64,000 bases of DNA from Felis catus (Eukaryota): positions 114,948,001 through 115,012,000 of the forward strand of contig NC_058377.1 of the NCBI RefSeq assembly GCF_018350175.1, in the 5' to 3' direction. Made by a program: the position numbers and the translations under genes. Shown piece after piece: positions 37,601-48,530 of the stretch; positions within the stretch are counted from its first letter, which is position 1; each line of letters begins with the position of its first letter. Under the pieces are notes generated by a model that saw nothing but the letters and a program-made list of their open reading frames with translations, had not been told where the DNA came from and made no database searches.

Positions 37601-38487
37601 AAAGACCCCACTTCGTGATGCTCCACCCTCTTAGACATTTGAGTCTCCTGCCGTCACCAGGGAAGAGGCCTGCGAGGCTGTGTCGTCAAACTGAACTCTT
37701 GACGCAGAGGATGACAACCAAAGCGAGGGCTCGCCTTAGGGGACTGCCAGGCCCGACGAGCGGCCGAGGAGCCTCTTCGTAATTTCTACGGCCCTCAGCG
37801 GGCTCCACTAACAACGCTGGGTGAACTGTTGTCCCTGCCCCTGCAAGAGGAAATACCAGGAAGCCATTCAGACGCTAGCGCTCTCACCGGACTGGTCCTC
37901 CAGACCGCCCTCCTCGTCCTCTCCGTCGTCCTCTCCGTCGGTGCTGTAGCTGCGCTCACTGGCCGTGTCATCCTCAGAGCTGCCACTGCTGCCGTCACCG
38001 CTGTCTTCTAAGGCGAAAGAGACGAAGACACAAGCCCAGGGGAAGTGTCACACAATCAAGGCAGCAAAAGGCCAGGGCTGGCTCAGAGCTGCACGGAGGT
38101 GCTCCAGGCACCAGCCAAAGCATAGCTGCCCAGGTGGGGCTGGGGAAGGTGGGCTGGAAGGGGACAGATGCAGGGAAAGCACATTCTTCCCCACTAGCAT
38201 CTATCCCGACACAAATAAAATGTATCACTAACCAACTTAAAAGCAAAGAGTAACTTTTTAACAAAGACTGAGAGTTGAAATTAACACCAGTAAACAACCC
38301 TCCAGAGGGAACTCCAGCTTTTCCCAGAGCCACCAACGCCAGCTCCAACACCCGTTGGCCCACCTCCGGGGGAGAAGTGGGGGACCTGCTCACCAGCGCT
38401 GCTGGCCAGGACAGCAGGGTTGAGTCGCGAGCGTCCATCTGGCCCTGGGCTTCGGTCCACAAGCTCATCCAGGCTGTCGTCATCCAT
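13642..38487 (-). CDS. PHRF1: PHD and RING finger domain-containing protein 1, 17 coding exons, 1628 aa
   Basis: Exons (minus strand): 38394-38487, 37888-38007, 33745-33968, 30880-30963, 29252-29370, 25819-25916, 25452-25627, 24455-24584, 20893-21020, 19673-19854, 19200-19319, 18572-18726, 15349-17913, 14923-15080, 14517-14777, 14298-14426, 13642-13785; total 4887 nt, in frame. Starts [14 protein letters not shown] (CPICLNAF...[24 protein letters not shown]), PHD ([29 protein letters not shown]...WFCPEC), RS-rich region, and C-terminal SRI-like domain ([49 protein letters not shown]). Confidence 0.97.
22279..22486 (+). mobile_element. CAN-SINE (SINEC_Fc-like)
   Basis: Head ggggcacctgggtggctcggtc...ggctcaggtcatgatctc, (CT)-rich linker, A-rich tail. 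Confidence 0.92.
23724..23860. repeat. Composite G-rich minisatellite in a PHRF1 intron
   Basis: Interleaved units ctggcggggctgggacgggacc and cctgggacgggacc, about 7 units. Confidence 0.8.
26018..26290 (+). mobile_element. Degenerate MLT1-type (ERVL-MaLR) solo LTR
   Basis: tgctatagactggactgtgtcccc...gtgtgaccatatttggagatggggcct...aaatgaggtcatgagggtggg resembles the MLT1A/B 5' end; judged by eye. Confidence 0.6.
27611..27824 (+). mobile_element. CAN-SINE with 13-bp target-site duplication
   Basis: Full SINE flanked by tgagcagactgca at 27598-27610 and 27825-27837. Confidence 0.93.
32400..33270 (-). mobile_element. Old, fragmented L1 ORF2 remnants
   Basis: Patches such as ...atcttgccgaactc...ctattccagtacaacaccgactagg and gtgctttctctgcctctttgagatga resemble antisense L1M ORF2; interrupted and highly diverged. 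Confidence 0.45.
33531..33695 (+). mobile_element. Diverged CAN-SINE
   Basis: ggggtgcccgggtggttcggtcggttgagc...cacagagcctgcctgggg...aaataaacttaa. Confidence 0.85.
34800..35120 (+). mobile_element. MLT1-type LTR 3' part
   Basis: gaccccttgatgtcagctggtgagacct...gaaggaccagc...ttgttacacggcaa...aactaatg resembles the MLT1 3' end. Confidence 0.5.
36509..36680 (+). mobile_element. Older CAN-SINE (first of a tandem pair)
   Basis: ggggggcgcctgggtggcccagtcg head and A-rich tail, flanked by ctaactct on both sides. Confidence 0.88.
36692..36907 (+). mobile_element. Young SINEC_Fc-like element (second of the tandem pair)
   Basis: Near-consensus felid SINE flanked by aaaaaaatctaa-like duplications. Confidence 0.93.
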
Positions 38488-38658
38488 CGCTAGACATTGG
38501 CGTTTGGCTCTGAAATTAACCAAAGTCAGGTAATTCCTAACTGTCCCAGGATGCAACACTCCCCCCATCTGCAAACCCAACAGTCACTCCAGTGTGACGT
38601 GTTCATCTGTAAGACACGAGGCCAAGCCGTGAGATATAGAACAAACACAACAACTCTA

Positions 38659-38810
38659 GGGGCGCGTGGGGGTGCTCAGTGGCCTGGGCGTCCCACCCTT
38701 GATTTCGATTTCCGCTCGGGTCATGATCCCAGGGTGGTGGGACGCCCGGCATGAAGGTTCTGCTTAAGGTTCTCTCTCAAATTAAAAACAAAAACAAAGA
38801 AACAAAGCAA
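38659..38810 (+). mobile_element. Diverged CAN-SINE
   Basis: ggggcgcgtgggggtgctcagt...gctcgggtcatgatcccagggt, followed by an A-rich tail. Confidence 0.8.
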
Positions 38811-39878
38811 TTCTAACCACAAAGCTGTGCATACGTATAAAAAAAGATAACGATTCCCATCTACAGAGTGATGTTCAAAGTCAAATCTCAATTTATAATG
38901 GACCTAATTTAGCTCAGTCTGGCAACATTTTTCTTCAGTCAGGCACCCACGACACCTTAACACTCCTGAAGAATCCTGACACCGGGCACGAATGAAATGG
39001 CTTATCACAAGCTGAGGCAAAGCGGGGTTTTTGATGCAGGGGGGTGGGAGGTGCCAGAAGGGCCTAGGTGACTAACAAAACCCCCTCCCTGCATCCCCTG
39101 CCATGTCACTCTCAGCCACAGCTGGCCAGCCCAACCTCGGCTCACCAGACCACCGCTGGGAGGCTGCGGGTCAGCCGGGGCTGCTCTGACCTCACCCCGA
39201 GAGCATCCACAGGGCACTGGCGAGACGCAACCGCCCAAGAGCAGCACGGAGTGCGGAGGTCGGGCTCCACCACTCAGCCACCATGGCCACTTGCTCTCGG
39301 GCTCTTGATCTCCAAGTGGGGACACCTGTCCTGCCTACTCTGCAAGACCGCTGCAAAGATGACACAGAAGACGGAGACAAACGACCTTGCAAACGCAGAA
39401 GACACAATCCACCTCCTTCACCAGGCCTCCAACTTTGGAGCCCAAATAAGGGCTCCTTTCTCAACAACACACTCACCTCGTCTCCCAGATGACTCTTGGA
39501 GGACACACTTAACTAAGACGTAATGAAGAAAACCCTCTCCGTGCACAGTGTGCTTTGGGCCAAGTCCACTCTCCACGGTCAGAGGAAAGGGGTCGCCCAA
39601 AAGACCAGAAGGCAGAGGGGCAAAGCAGGAAGCTGGGTTAGGCCAGCATGCCCGAGCGCCAGGCAAGGTTCTCGTTCGCGGATCCCACGTGCAGGTTTCT
39701 CTCCCACGGGCCATGGGCCACCCGCCAAGAGCTTCACACGCACCATGGCACCCAGGAGAGGGGCTATCACCACCACCTTTGTACAGATGCTCCCAGAGAA
39801 CAATCTCCTGGTGGGGCTAAGGTCAGGTTCAGATTCCAGAGTGCCTACCTAGCTTCCCTAACAAAGCCCCAGATCCTA

Positions 39879-40082
39879 GGGGCGCCTGGGTGGCTCAGTC
39901 GGTTAAGCATTCGACTTTGGCTCAGGTCATGATCTCGTGGTTTGTGAGTTCAAGACCTGTGTCGGGCTCTGTGCTGACAGCCTGGAGCCTGCTTAGGATT
40001 CTGTGTCTCCCTCTCCCTCTGCTCCTCTTCTGTTCATGCTCGCTCTCTCTCAAAAATAAATAAACTCAAAAAAAATTTTTTA
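39879..40082 (+). mobile_element. CAN-SINE with 19-bp target-site duplication
   Basis: Flanked by aacaaagccccagat(c/t)cta at 39860-39878 and 40083-40101. Confidence 0.93.
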
Positions 40083-40276
40083 AACAAAGCCCCAGATTCT
40101 AGGATGACGTTTCCTAAAACAGTGAGGGCATGTTAACGTGATGAAACTGTCAACTGCCTTATATTGCTTCCACCTGAAAATAATGCATTAAGAGATGGTT
40201 TTGTGGAGTTATTACCCCCCTAAAGCTACCACCTTTCTCGTACTTAGTGCTCTAAGGTTAAGAAAATGAGCCATAC

Positions 40277-40495
40277 TCAGTCGGTTGAGTGTCCGACTTC
40301 GGCTCAGGTCATGATCTCAGGGTTTGTGAGTTTGAGCCCCGCGTCCGGCTGTGTGCTGACAGCTCGAAGCCTGGAGCCTGCTTCGGATTCTGTGTCTCCC
40401 TCTCTCTCTGCCCCTCCTCTGCTTGTGCTCTGTCGCTGTCTCTGTCTCTCAAAAATATATAAACGTTAAGAAAAAAATTAAAAGAAAAAAAACAG
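40277..40495 (+). mobile_element. 5'-truncated CAN-SINE
   Basis: ctcagtcggttgagtgtccgacttcggctcaggtcatgatctc...(CT)n...A-rich tail. Confidence 0.9.
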
Positions 40496-40844
40496 AAAGA
40501 AATGGCCACAGTCCCACTCAACAAAGGGTCTGGTCTGCACCCTCGGTGCTTGGTGACTCAGCAACACAGCAGGGACCCAGCCTGTCCTACAAGTCCTGGC
40601 TGTGACTCCTGCTAGAGGCACACAGACTATGGGGGCACGACATGCCACAGACCTTCCAGGAGAATGACACTTCTGTGGGCACAATGGCTTCAGGGCTCAG
40701 GGAAGAGGGCCTAGAACGCTCTGGCCACTGTCGTGAGCGTTCCCACACGTGGATTCCACAAAGTCATCCTGGGACAGCTGCTCCAGTACCTACCCCGCCC
40801 CTGCTGTGTGCAGCACACTTTCTTGCCCCACAAGGGGGTGAATA

Positions 40845-41162
40845 CAGCTCACCCTCAAACCACACGGGTTTGAAGGACACCGGGCCATTTACACGTGACA
40901 GTTTTGGATAAGTACCATACTACAAATGTGCTCTCCTTCCTCAGGATTTCCTTGGCAGCATTTTTTTCTCTAACTTACTTTATAAGAACATGACCTGTGA
41001 CATACACAAAACACGTGTCACCCAGTGGTTTCTGTCATCGGTAAGGCTTCCAGTCAACAGCAGACTATTGACAATAAAGTTTTCAGAGTCAAAAGTTGTA
41101 TGTGGCACTTGGACTGCATGGGGACGGGTACCCCAATCCCTGTGTCGTTCAAGGGTCGACTG
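40845..41162. mobile_element. Tigger2-like non-autonomous DNA transposon (TcMar-Tigger)
   Basis: Terminal inverted repeats cagctcaccctcaaac / gttcaagggtcgactg, TA dinucleotides on both flanks, and internal tcggtaaggcttccagtcaacagcagactatt typical of Tigger2a. Confidence 0.75.
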
Positions 41163-42669
41163 TACCATCACACGTAGACCTTCCAGTGAACCCTTAGACA
41201 CCAGAAAATGTAACCCGAGGCCACCGAAGACACAACACAGCACAGCTGAGGGCAGTTTTCCGGGTGCAAATCCTTACCCTGATGACGTGTCACACAAGCA
41301 CCAGCTCAAAAGGAAAAACAACCCCTAGCTTCTCTGGTGCACTACGACCCAGGTCCACCTAGAACGGGCAGTGGCGAGGCCTGCCTCCGAGGGCTGCCTG
41401 AAGAGGTCAACAAGGCCATAATGGGGTTTGGTACCCGGGGACTTGCCAGAAATGCCAGCCCAGGAATGGGGTCGAATCCCTGAGTCCCTGCCCCTGTGGG
41501 GTTCAGTCCCATGGCCTTGTACTCCCACCACTGCTGGGGAGGGAAAGCTCTACCAGGGCAGGAGAGGGTCGATTAGGAGGCTGAACATCGTCCCTTCCTG
41601 TTCCGTCACGCGACACTTAGGACACTGGGAAAAAAAAAACCCAGGTGGCCCCTGAAATTACGTTCCAGAGCAAACACCTGTGCAAATACCAAGGTAGAGA
41701 CCACAACTAGAGATCCCTACAGCCCTTTCCCTGTCAGAACTGCAATCAGAACCCTTCGTTAATGGGGACCCCAGCTTAGGACCTAATGGCCCACCAGCAG
41801 CCCCAGCCCAGACATACCAGCCCAGATGCACCGTCCCTACCTCTGCCCCTGTGTTCCAGATAACAGGCTGGGAAGCTGTCTGGCAGGAAGGCCCACGGCC
41901 CCCTCCCGGCTGCTGGCCGCCCTCGGCAGTGCTGGTGGTGCTCTGGCGTTCTCCTGCTCAAACTCTAGACTCGGGGCATCCAGGGGGAATAATTAAGCCA
42001 GAGAAAATATTTCTCTCTTCAAATGCAGGAACCCAAAGCACCTACAGTTCCAACCGTCACTAAGGAAGCAAGAGCTTCGATGGTAACTGGCACCTATGCC
42101 AAGATCGGAAGCAAGAGTGCCCGTCGCCAGGCCCTGGGCAAGGCTGCCAGGTCCAACACTGCACACCGGGCCAGGGCTGTCATTCTCCATTCACCGTCTG
42201 CCACAGAGGACAGGAGACCTTGGTACTGCAAACTGCAACGGAAGTGAAAAAGCTAGAGCCCATTGAGGTCTTCGCAGGGCTGAGACGGCCACGGAGGGTC
42301 CGTGCTGGGGGGCTGCAGAGAGGACTAAAGCCAAGCCTGCCCCGTCAGAGCCTTGCCACTTGGCCGGGTGCAGAGAATGCACCGGAAGACGCCAGCTACT
42401 GTTATTCGGACTCCACATTCTCCCATAAACACGAAGCCTGCCGGTGGTCCTGGGACAGGGAGGGTGTGCTAAGTGCCAAGTCAAACCTCACCTCAGCCTC
42501 ACGTTCTACCCGTATGACCACTGGCTAGAAGGCGGCGCGCCAGGCAGACGCCAGAACGGCATGCAGTCTCCTGAACTGACAACAGGGTAACATGAGCGCC
42601 GCTAAAGAGAGCGCCGCCCCAGAGTCCCGGGCTGCGTTAACTCGGCGCTCTGGCTGCGCGCTCAGCACC

Positions 42670-42775
42670 TGTGCGCCCCGTTAGCAAGTTACTTAGCCTC
42701 TCCGGGGCTCGGCTCGGCTCACTTGTAGAGCAGGAAGGACGACCCCTACTCCCGGGGTTTGTTGTGAAGACTACG
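42670..42775 (+). mobile_element. MIR fragment at the edge of the PHRF1 CpG island
   Basis: gcaagttacttagcctctc...cacttgtagagcagg matches the MIR core by eye. Confidence 0.5.
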
Positions 42776-42839
42776 TAAGTTAACAGGAAATCATCCCGCG
42801 AACCACTCGGGCTGCCGACGAAAGCAGTGACGACCGGGA

Positions 42840-43900
42840 GCTGGAAACGAGTTGGCAAAGGGTCACACCTCGCTCAGAGGGGAAAGCGATAACGCAGAGT
42901 TGGCGGGGAGGGGGGGGCGGGGGGGGCGCCGGGAGGGGGGGGCGGGGGGGGGGCGCCGGACGGGGCGGGGTGCGCTCCCCGCGACTGGGGACCTGAGGCG
43001 GGCCACCCGGAAACCCGCCCGCAGGCCGAGGAGCCGCCCAGGCTCGGCGCGAGGCCTCCCTGCCCCGCGCCCGCCCGCCCGCGCCGAGCTCCCCGCCGCC
43101 CGCCCGGGGCCAGCGCGGCGCAGGCCTCGCACCGCGGGGCAGGCCTCAGACAAAGCGCGCGGCGTTCGAGGACGGCCCACGCGGCCGGGGCGCGGCAGGG
43201 ACCCCGGGACCGCCGCGGGCCCCGCACGTACCCGAGAACCTCGTGCCCCTCCGGCTGCGCCCGGGCGCTCACGGCCGCCGCCCGAGCGACACCCTCGACT
43301 AGGCCGCCGCCGCCGCCGCCACCGCCGCGCGCTCCCCGACCCGGAAGTGCACGGTGCCGGCTTCCGGGGCCCTCCCGCCCCGCCCCGCCCGTTGGCGGGA
43401 ACCACTGGGACAAGGGAGGGGAAGAAGAGCCTGAGGTGGCGGATGGCGCCGCTCGCCGCAGCCGAGGGCCCCGAGACTTTGGAAACACTGTTCAATGCTG
43501 GACCACCGCCAAGGAAGACCAGTGTCTGGAGGAACTTGTGGTTTCTAGGCCTCCGACGGTAGGCTGTTCCTGGCCGCCCTCCCCCGCCGGGAGCTGGTAC
43601 GGCCCAAGCCCCCGCCCGCGGCCCAGGGCGAATGGAAGCGGCGGTCCGGCACACCTGAGACCCCGCCCCTGAGATCTAGCCCCGCCCCACGCCTGTGGCC
43701 CCGCCCCCACGCGGCGGCCCGGGCCCCCCCCCCCCGCTGCTAGCCACGCCCCCAGCCCCGCGCGCCTGCTGTCCCGACCGAACACTGACGGAGTCCTACG
43801 TGCGCGGGCTCCTCCGGGTGCTGGCCACAGCCGGAGGAGACCGCAGCCCCGCGTCGCGTCCGGCCCGGACACAGGAAACCACGAGCACTGTAAATCACTA
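42840..43900 (-). promoter_or_regulatory. PHRF1 CpG-island promoter and non-coding exon 1
   Basis: Very CpG-dense; ETS sites (CCGGAAGTG at 43341), GC boxes, YY1-like ATGGCG, and a minus-strand donor GCC|GTGAGC at 43273/43272. Confidence 0.75.
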
Positions 43901-44769
43901 CACCGTGTGGTGTGGGAGAAGCTGACTCGTGCTAGGAGGAAAGATAAAGCAGGGTAGGATCTGGGGCTCAGGAGCCTGGGAGGACTAGCCAGTGTTAAGT
44001 GGTGAGGTTGGACCTCAAAGGGGCCGAGCTGGGCCGCTGTGGGGAGAGCACCGAGAAGCCGCCAGACCTCGGGAAGGAGGCTGGGATGGCTGGGCCCAGT
44101 GCGGGGAGTGGCCAGAGGCGCTAGGGGCCCAGAAGGAGCATTTAGGCCAGGATGACGTGTGCTGGCTTACGGGCTCCGTGGGGCGGCGATGGCAGACCCA
44201 AGGGAACCGGTCAGGAGGCCACTTCGGTGACCGCAGTTCAGGGACCACCATGGCTCGGGCTCGGGTGGGGGCAGCGCAGGTGCGGGAAGCAAGAAGTTCC
44301 TGGTAGGTTCTGAAGAAAGGCGGTGTGTTGGGGGATGTGCAAAGTAAACCCAGGAGCAGGGAGCTTCTGGAAGTTAGGGAAGGAAAAGGAAGGTCCATCA
44401 AGCAGGGGCCTGGGTGAGTGAGGTGGGGGCCCTGTGACCCTGAGGACAGCAGCGTTGGAGGGGGGGGGGAGGGCCGCAGGGAGTCTAAAGAGAATGGGAC
44501 CGGTCACCAGAGCAGCAGCGGCAACTCTTGCAAGTGGTTCCACTGCAAAAGGAAGGAAGAGCAGGGGTGGCCAAGAGGGAGCCAGTCAAGGGAGGGTTGT
44601 TTCTATGTTTACAACTGGAGAAGCAAGGGCTAGTTTACAAACCCTGTAAATGACTTTGCAGAAAGGAAGAATGGATGGTGGGGGACTCTGGAGTGATTCC
44701 TCTCTGTTGGCCATCGGGTCGGGGTCTGGAGAGGTGGCTGCTACAGTATAGTGCCTCTGGGGCGTCCCC

Positions 44770-44885
44770 CAGGCCAGGTGCCTGAACCTGAGCACTTGGG
44801 CTCCCAGCGTATCAGTCACGTAACCTTCGGAGAGCTTCTCAACCTCTCTGTGCCTCAGTGTCCTTGGCTGTAAAACAGGGAGGTT
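44770..44885 (+). mobile_element. MIR fragment
   Basis: gtaaccttcggagagcttctcaacctctctgtgcctcagtgtccttggctgtaaaacaggga is a MIR core. Confidence 0.7.
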
Positions 44886-45777
44886 GAGAGCTGGATGGAT
44901 GAGTATTGGGATAGCACTTCAGGTGGGGTCCAGCATCGCAACTACCCTGCATCAGGCACCTTCCCCGCCCCCTCCTTCTCAGCTTGGAGCTTGGCATGTG
45001 CTGGCCCTTCTACATACACATGCCTGCCTGCTAAAAACCATTGGATGTGAGGACGCTACCCAGCAGAGGTTACCAAATGGTAGGGGCACCCTGCTGACCC
45101 TCCTAGAAAGAGTTGAAGCAGCAGCTTATAGCCAACTTGGAGCCCTTTTGGAGAGGCGGCAGTCCTTCCTACCTTTATGTGCAGATGTTCCCCAGGGGCT
45201 GCTGAACATTTGTCATAATAAACATATGCACCCACAATGGGAAAAAGGCTTACTCAGCAGGCATCCCTGGGCAGAGCACAGCCTACCCAGTCATGTCAAC
45301 CTGTGCTCACATGTGACACGTGCTCTCAGAAAAGTGCCCAGAGCCATTGGTCTGGGCCCAAACTGAATATAGGTGGTACCTCTTGAGAGCATAGGCACAT
45401 ACGTACCTATATCTCCCACCTACTGATGCCCCCCCACAGTAGGTACACCTACTGTACCCCCATCAGTACTGTCACCACAGTGCACAATGACTAGCCACCC
45501 ACCTGCCACCTCTCACATGCTAGTTCCAAGCAAGGACACATGTGTGCACCCTGCCCACATGCCCCTCTAGATTTGCACTCTGAAGCCCTTGCTTGCACCC
45601 TGCCTTCCCCTCCAAAGCACAAGCAGGAACATACATGAAATGTACACTTCTGCCTTGTGCCAGAAGGGTGGAGCTGGGCTGGGAGCCACCTTGGCTGTGT
45701 CCAGCCCAGGCCAGCCCTCTCCCCTGCCATCAGGCCTACACACAAACACAGCACCAGAGGAGACTTGGGAAGGTGGG

Positions 45778-46673
45778 TGTGTTAGTGTCCTGGTCCTACC
45801 CTAAGCAGTGACCACAGACTGGGTAGCTTAACCAGCAGTTTATTATCTCACAGTCCTGGAAATCACGAGTCCAAATTCTGAGGCAGCTGCACTCCCTTGG
45901 AAATCTGTAGGGGGAATCCTTTCTGCCTTTTCCGGGTTTTGGTGCTCCGGGCTTGGCTTGTACCCAAAGCCCAAACAGGACGGGCACGGCCACCGATGGC
46001 CCTGCGCACCGCTCTGTGTCCCTTCTGGACTCAGACTCCGAGCCTTCCAAGGCGACGGGTCCCGCCAGAGGGACCCGGAGCCCCCAGCCACCAGCCAGAG
46101 TGCTCCGCAGTGGCCTTGGGCAGTACAGGCCCGCACGTGCGTCCCGAGGGCGTGGCCAGGCTACATCACCCCAACTCTGCCTCTGTCTTTACATGGCTTT
46201 CCTTCCTGTGTATCTGTATCTCTCCTCTCATCTATCTCATAAGTCCATTTGGCATTGGATTTAGGGCCCACCCAGGTAAACCAGGATGTTTTTTTTTTTA
46301 AGGAATTTATTAAACAATCATCATCGTCATTTTTTTTAATTAAAAAAAAATTTTTTTTTAAGACAGAGCGTGAGCAAGTGGGGGGGGGGGGCGCAGAGAG
46401 AGAGTGAGACACAGAATCGGAAGCAGGCTCCAGGCTCTGAGCTGTCAGCACAGAGCCCGACACAGGGCTCGAACTCACAAACCGTGAGATCATGACCTGA
46501 GCTGAAGTCGGACGTTTAACAGACTGAGCCACCCAGGCGCCCCAGAATGATTTTTATCGCAAGAGCTTTAGCTCAATTACAGCTGCACAGACCCTTTTTC
46601 TCGGTAAGGAACATTCACAGTGTCTAGGCATTAGGATACAGACATCTTGTGGGGACACTATTCAACCACTACA
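45778..46673 (-). mobile_element. MLT1 (MaLR) LTR interrupted by a 200-bp local duplication and a SINE
   Basis: gaccacagactgggtagcttaa...tttattatctcacagtcctgga...ttggcttgta | catcaccccaactctgcc...ttggatttagggcccaccc...ggggacactattcaaccactaca are collinear MLT1C/D-like segments. Confidence 0.75.
46330..46543 (-). mobile_element. CAN-SINE nested in the MLT1 LTR
   Basis: Antisense SINE ending ...gactgagccacccaggcgcccc. Confidence 0.92.
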
Positions 46674-47080
46674 CAGGGTGATAAGAGTTGCATTTGGAAG
46701 CAGTAGGACTGGAGGGCACAGCTAGGGGTCGTACCAATAAAGGCAAGACAGGAACTCAGAGTCACCCTGACTTCTGGCTTTTCCTTGTCCCTGAGTCCCA
46801 GACTTCTTTCCTTCAAACCTCTGCCCTGTCCTGAAGGTGTGGGCCTCCTCAATGATCCTGCAGATTCCTAGGGGTTCCTTCAAGACTACATGATCCAGAC
46901 TTTGCTACCCTTCCACTTCTGACCCCCGATAGAGCTGAGCCAGCTCCTTGCTCCTCTGTATTCTTTCCCCACCCACACCCACAGCATGTACTTGAATTTC
47001 TATCCCCAGGCTTTAGGCTCCTGATGTCCCAGGCAGGGCAGATGCCTTCCTGGCACCTCAGCACTTAGCCAATCAGGCAA

Positions 47081-47094
47081 TTTTTTTTTAAGGC

Positions 47095-47137
<43 letters not shown>

Positions 47138-47298
47138 TTTTGAGAGAGAGAACGAGTGGAGTAGGGGCAGAGAGAGAGGGAGAATCCCAAGCAGGCTCTG
47201 CGCTGTCAGCACAGAGCCCAATGTGGGGCTTGATCCCACAAATCGTAAGATCATGACCTGAGTCAGATGCTCAACCAACTGAGCCACCCAGGCACCCC
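47081..47298 (-). mobile_element. CAN-SINE with (ATTT)n tail microsatellite
   Basis: T-rich tail with about 11 ATTT units, antisense SINE body ending gagccacccaggcacccc. Confidence 0.92.
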
Positions 47299-47899
47299 TG
47301 GCAGTGGTTTTGAAGGAAGAAATGAAGTGATCTGATGATGGGAAGTGTGCAGTTCGGGCGTCCAGGTTTTGTGACAGGTGATGGGCTCCAGCCCAGGCAC
47401 ATGTGGGATGTGGAAAAAGGAACTAAGAACAGGTGGTGAGTTAGAGGGCAGGAGGGCCACAGGAGAGCCACTAGGGGACCACGATGCTGAGGCTGAGGGG
47501 GCACGGCCCCTGGGTGAAGGACCAGAATGGCACCGAAGAGAAAAGAGTTCCTCCGAAGCTGCCTGGAGCCAGGTGAGTAGAGTCCTCCAGGGAGGGAGGG
47601 CCTGGGTGTGAGGCAGGTGCGGGAGACATGGACTGATTGGAGTGAGGTGAGGGAAAGTGGCCCCCTCTGGCTTACTTTGGAGGACTGCTGTGTCAGGAAC
47701 AAAAAGGGAGCAAGCATCTCTCTACCCCATCAGGGATCCAGATGGCCCGTGATTCCGCCGCAGGGATCCCCTGGCCATGGAGGCATGGAGCTGAGTATGA
47801 AGGGAAGGGGACCAGGGCCACCTTGGGGCACCACCCAGGAGTCAGTAACTTCAGATCTTAAACAGTCCATTCTCATGATTTATACTTTCTCAAAGCCCA

Positions 47900-48530
47900 A
47901 ACAGGACGGGCACGGCCACCGATGGCCCTGCGCACCGCTCTGTGTCCCCTCCGGACTCAGACTCCGAGCCTTCCAAGGCGACGGGTCCCGCCGGAGGGAC
48001 CCGGAGCCCCCCACCCGCCAGCCAGAGCGCTCCGCAGTGGCCTTGGGCAGCGCGGGCCGCACGTGCGTCCCGAGGGCGCGGCCGGGCTACGTGCGCCGGG
48101 GCCCCGCGCGTTCCCGGGAGCAGCCGGCCCACCGCGAGGGCGGGGGAGCGCCTCGGGCCGTACCACCCGCCCCGGCCGGCGGGGGAGCCGCCCCGCACGG
48201 CAGCAGCGCGGCGCCCGCAGGCCCCGCCCGGCAGGTGGCGGCCCCGCCCCGAGGCCGACGTGCGGAAAGGAACGCGCCGGCCGCGCCCGCGAGGGGCCGC
48301 GCGGCGGTGGGCGTGGCGTCCCGCCCACACCTCGCGCCCACTGGCTGCGGCGCAGTAGGGCGGGACCTGCCCGGCGGGCCATTGGCTGCGAGACCCTCAT
48401 ATTTGCATACGGGCCGGCGCGGGGCGCGGGCCGGGCGCCCCGCGCGGGGCGGGAGGGGGAGTCGGGGCCCAGCGGCGGCCGCCGAATTCGGGCAGAGAGC
48501 TGGCGACGGTCCTGCGTCGGGGTTGCAGGT
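47900..48530 (+). promoter_or_regulatory. MIR210 host-gene CpG-island promoter with hypoxia response elements
   Basis: RCGTG cores at 48061, 48089 and 48258 (GCCGACGTGCGGAAA, like the recalled human proximal HRE); CCAAT box near 48380; octamer ATTTGCAT at 48401-48408. Confidence 0.75.
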
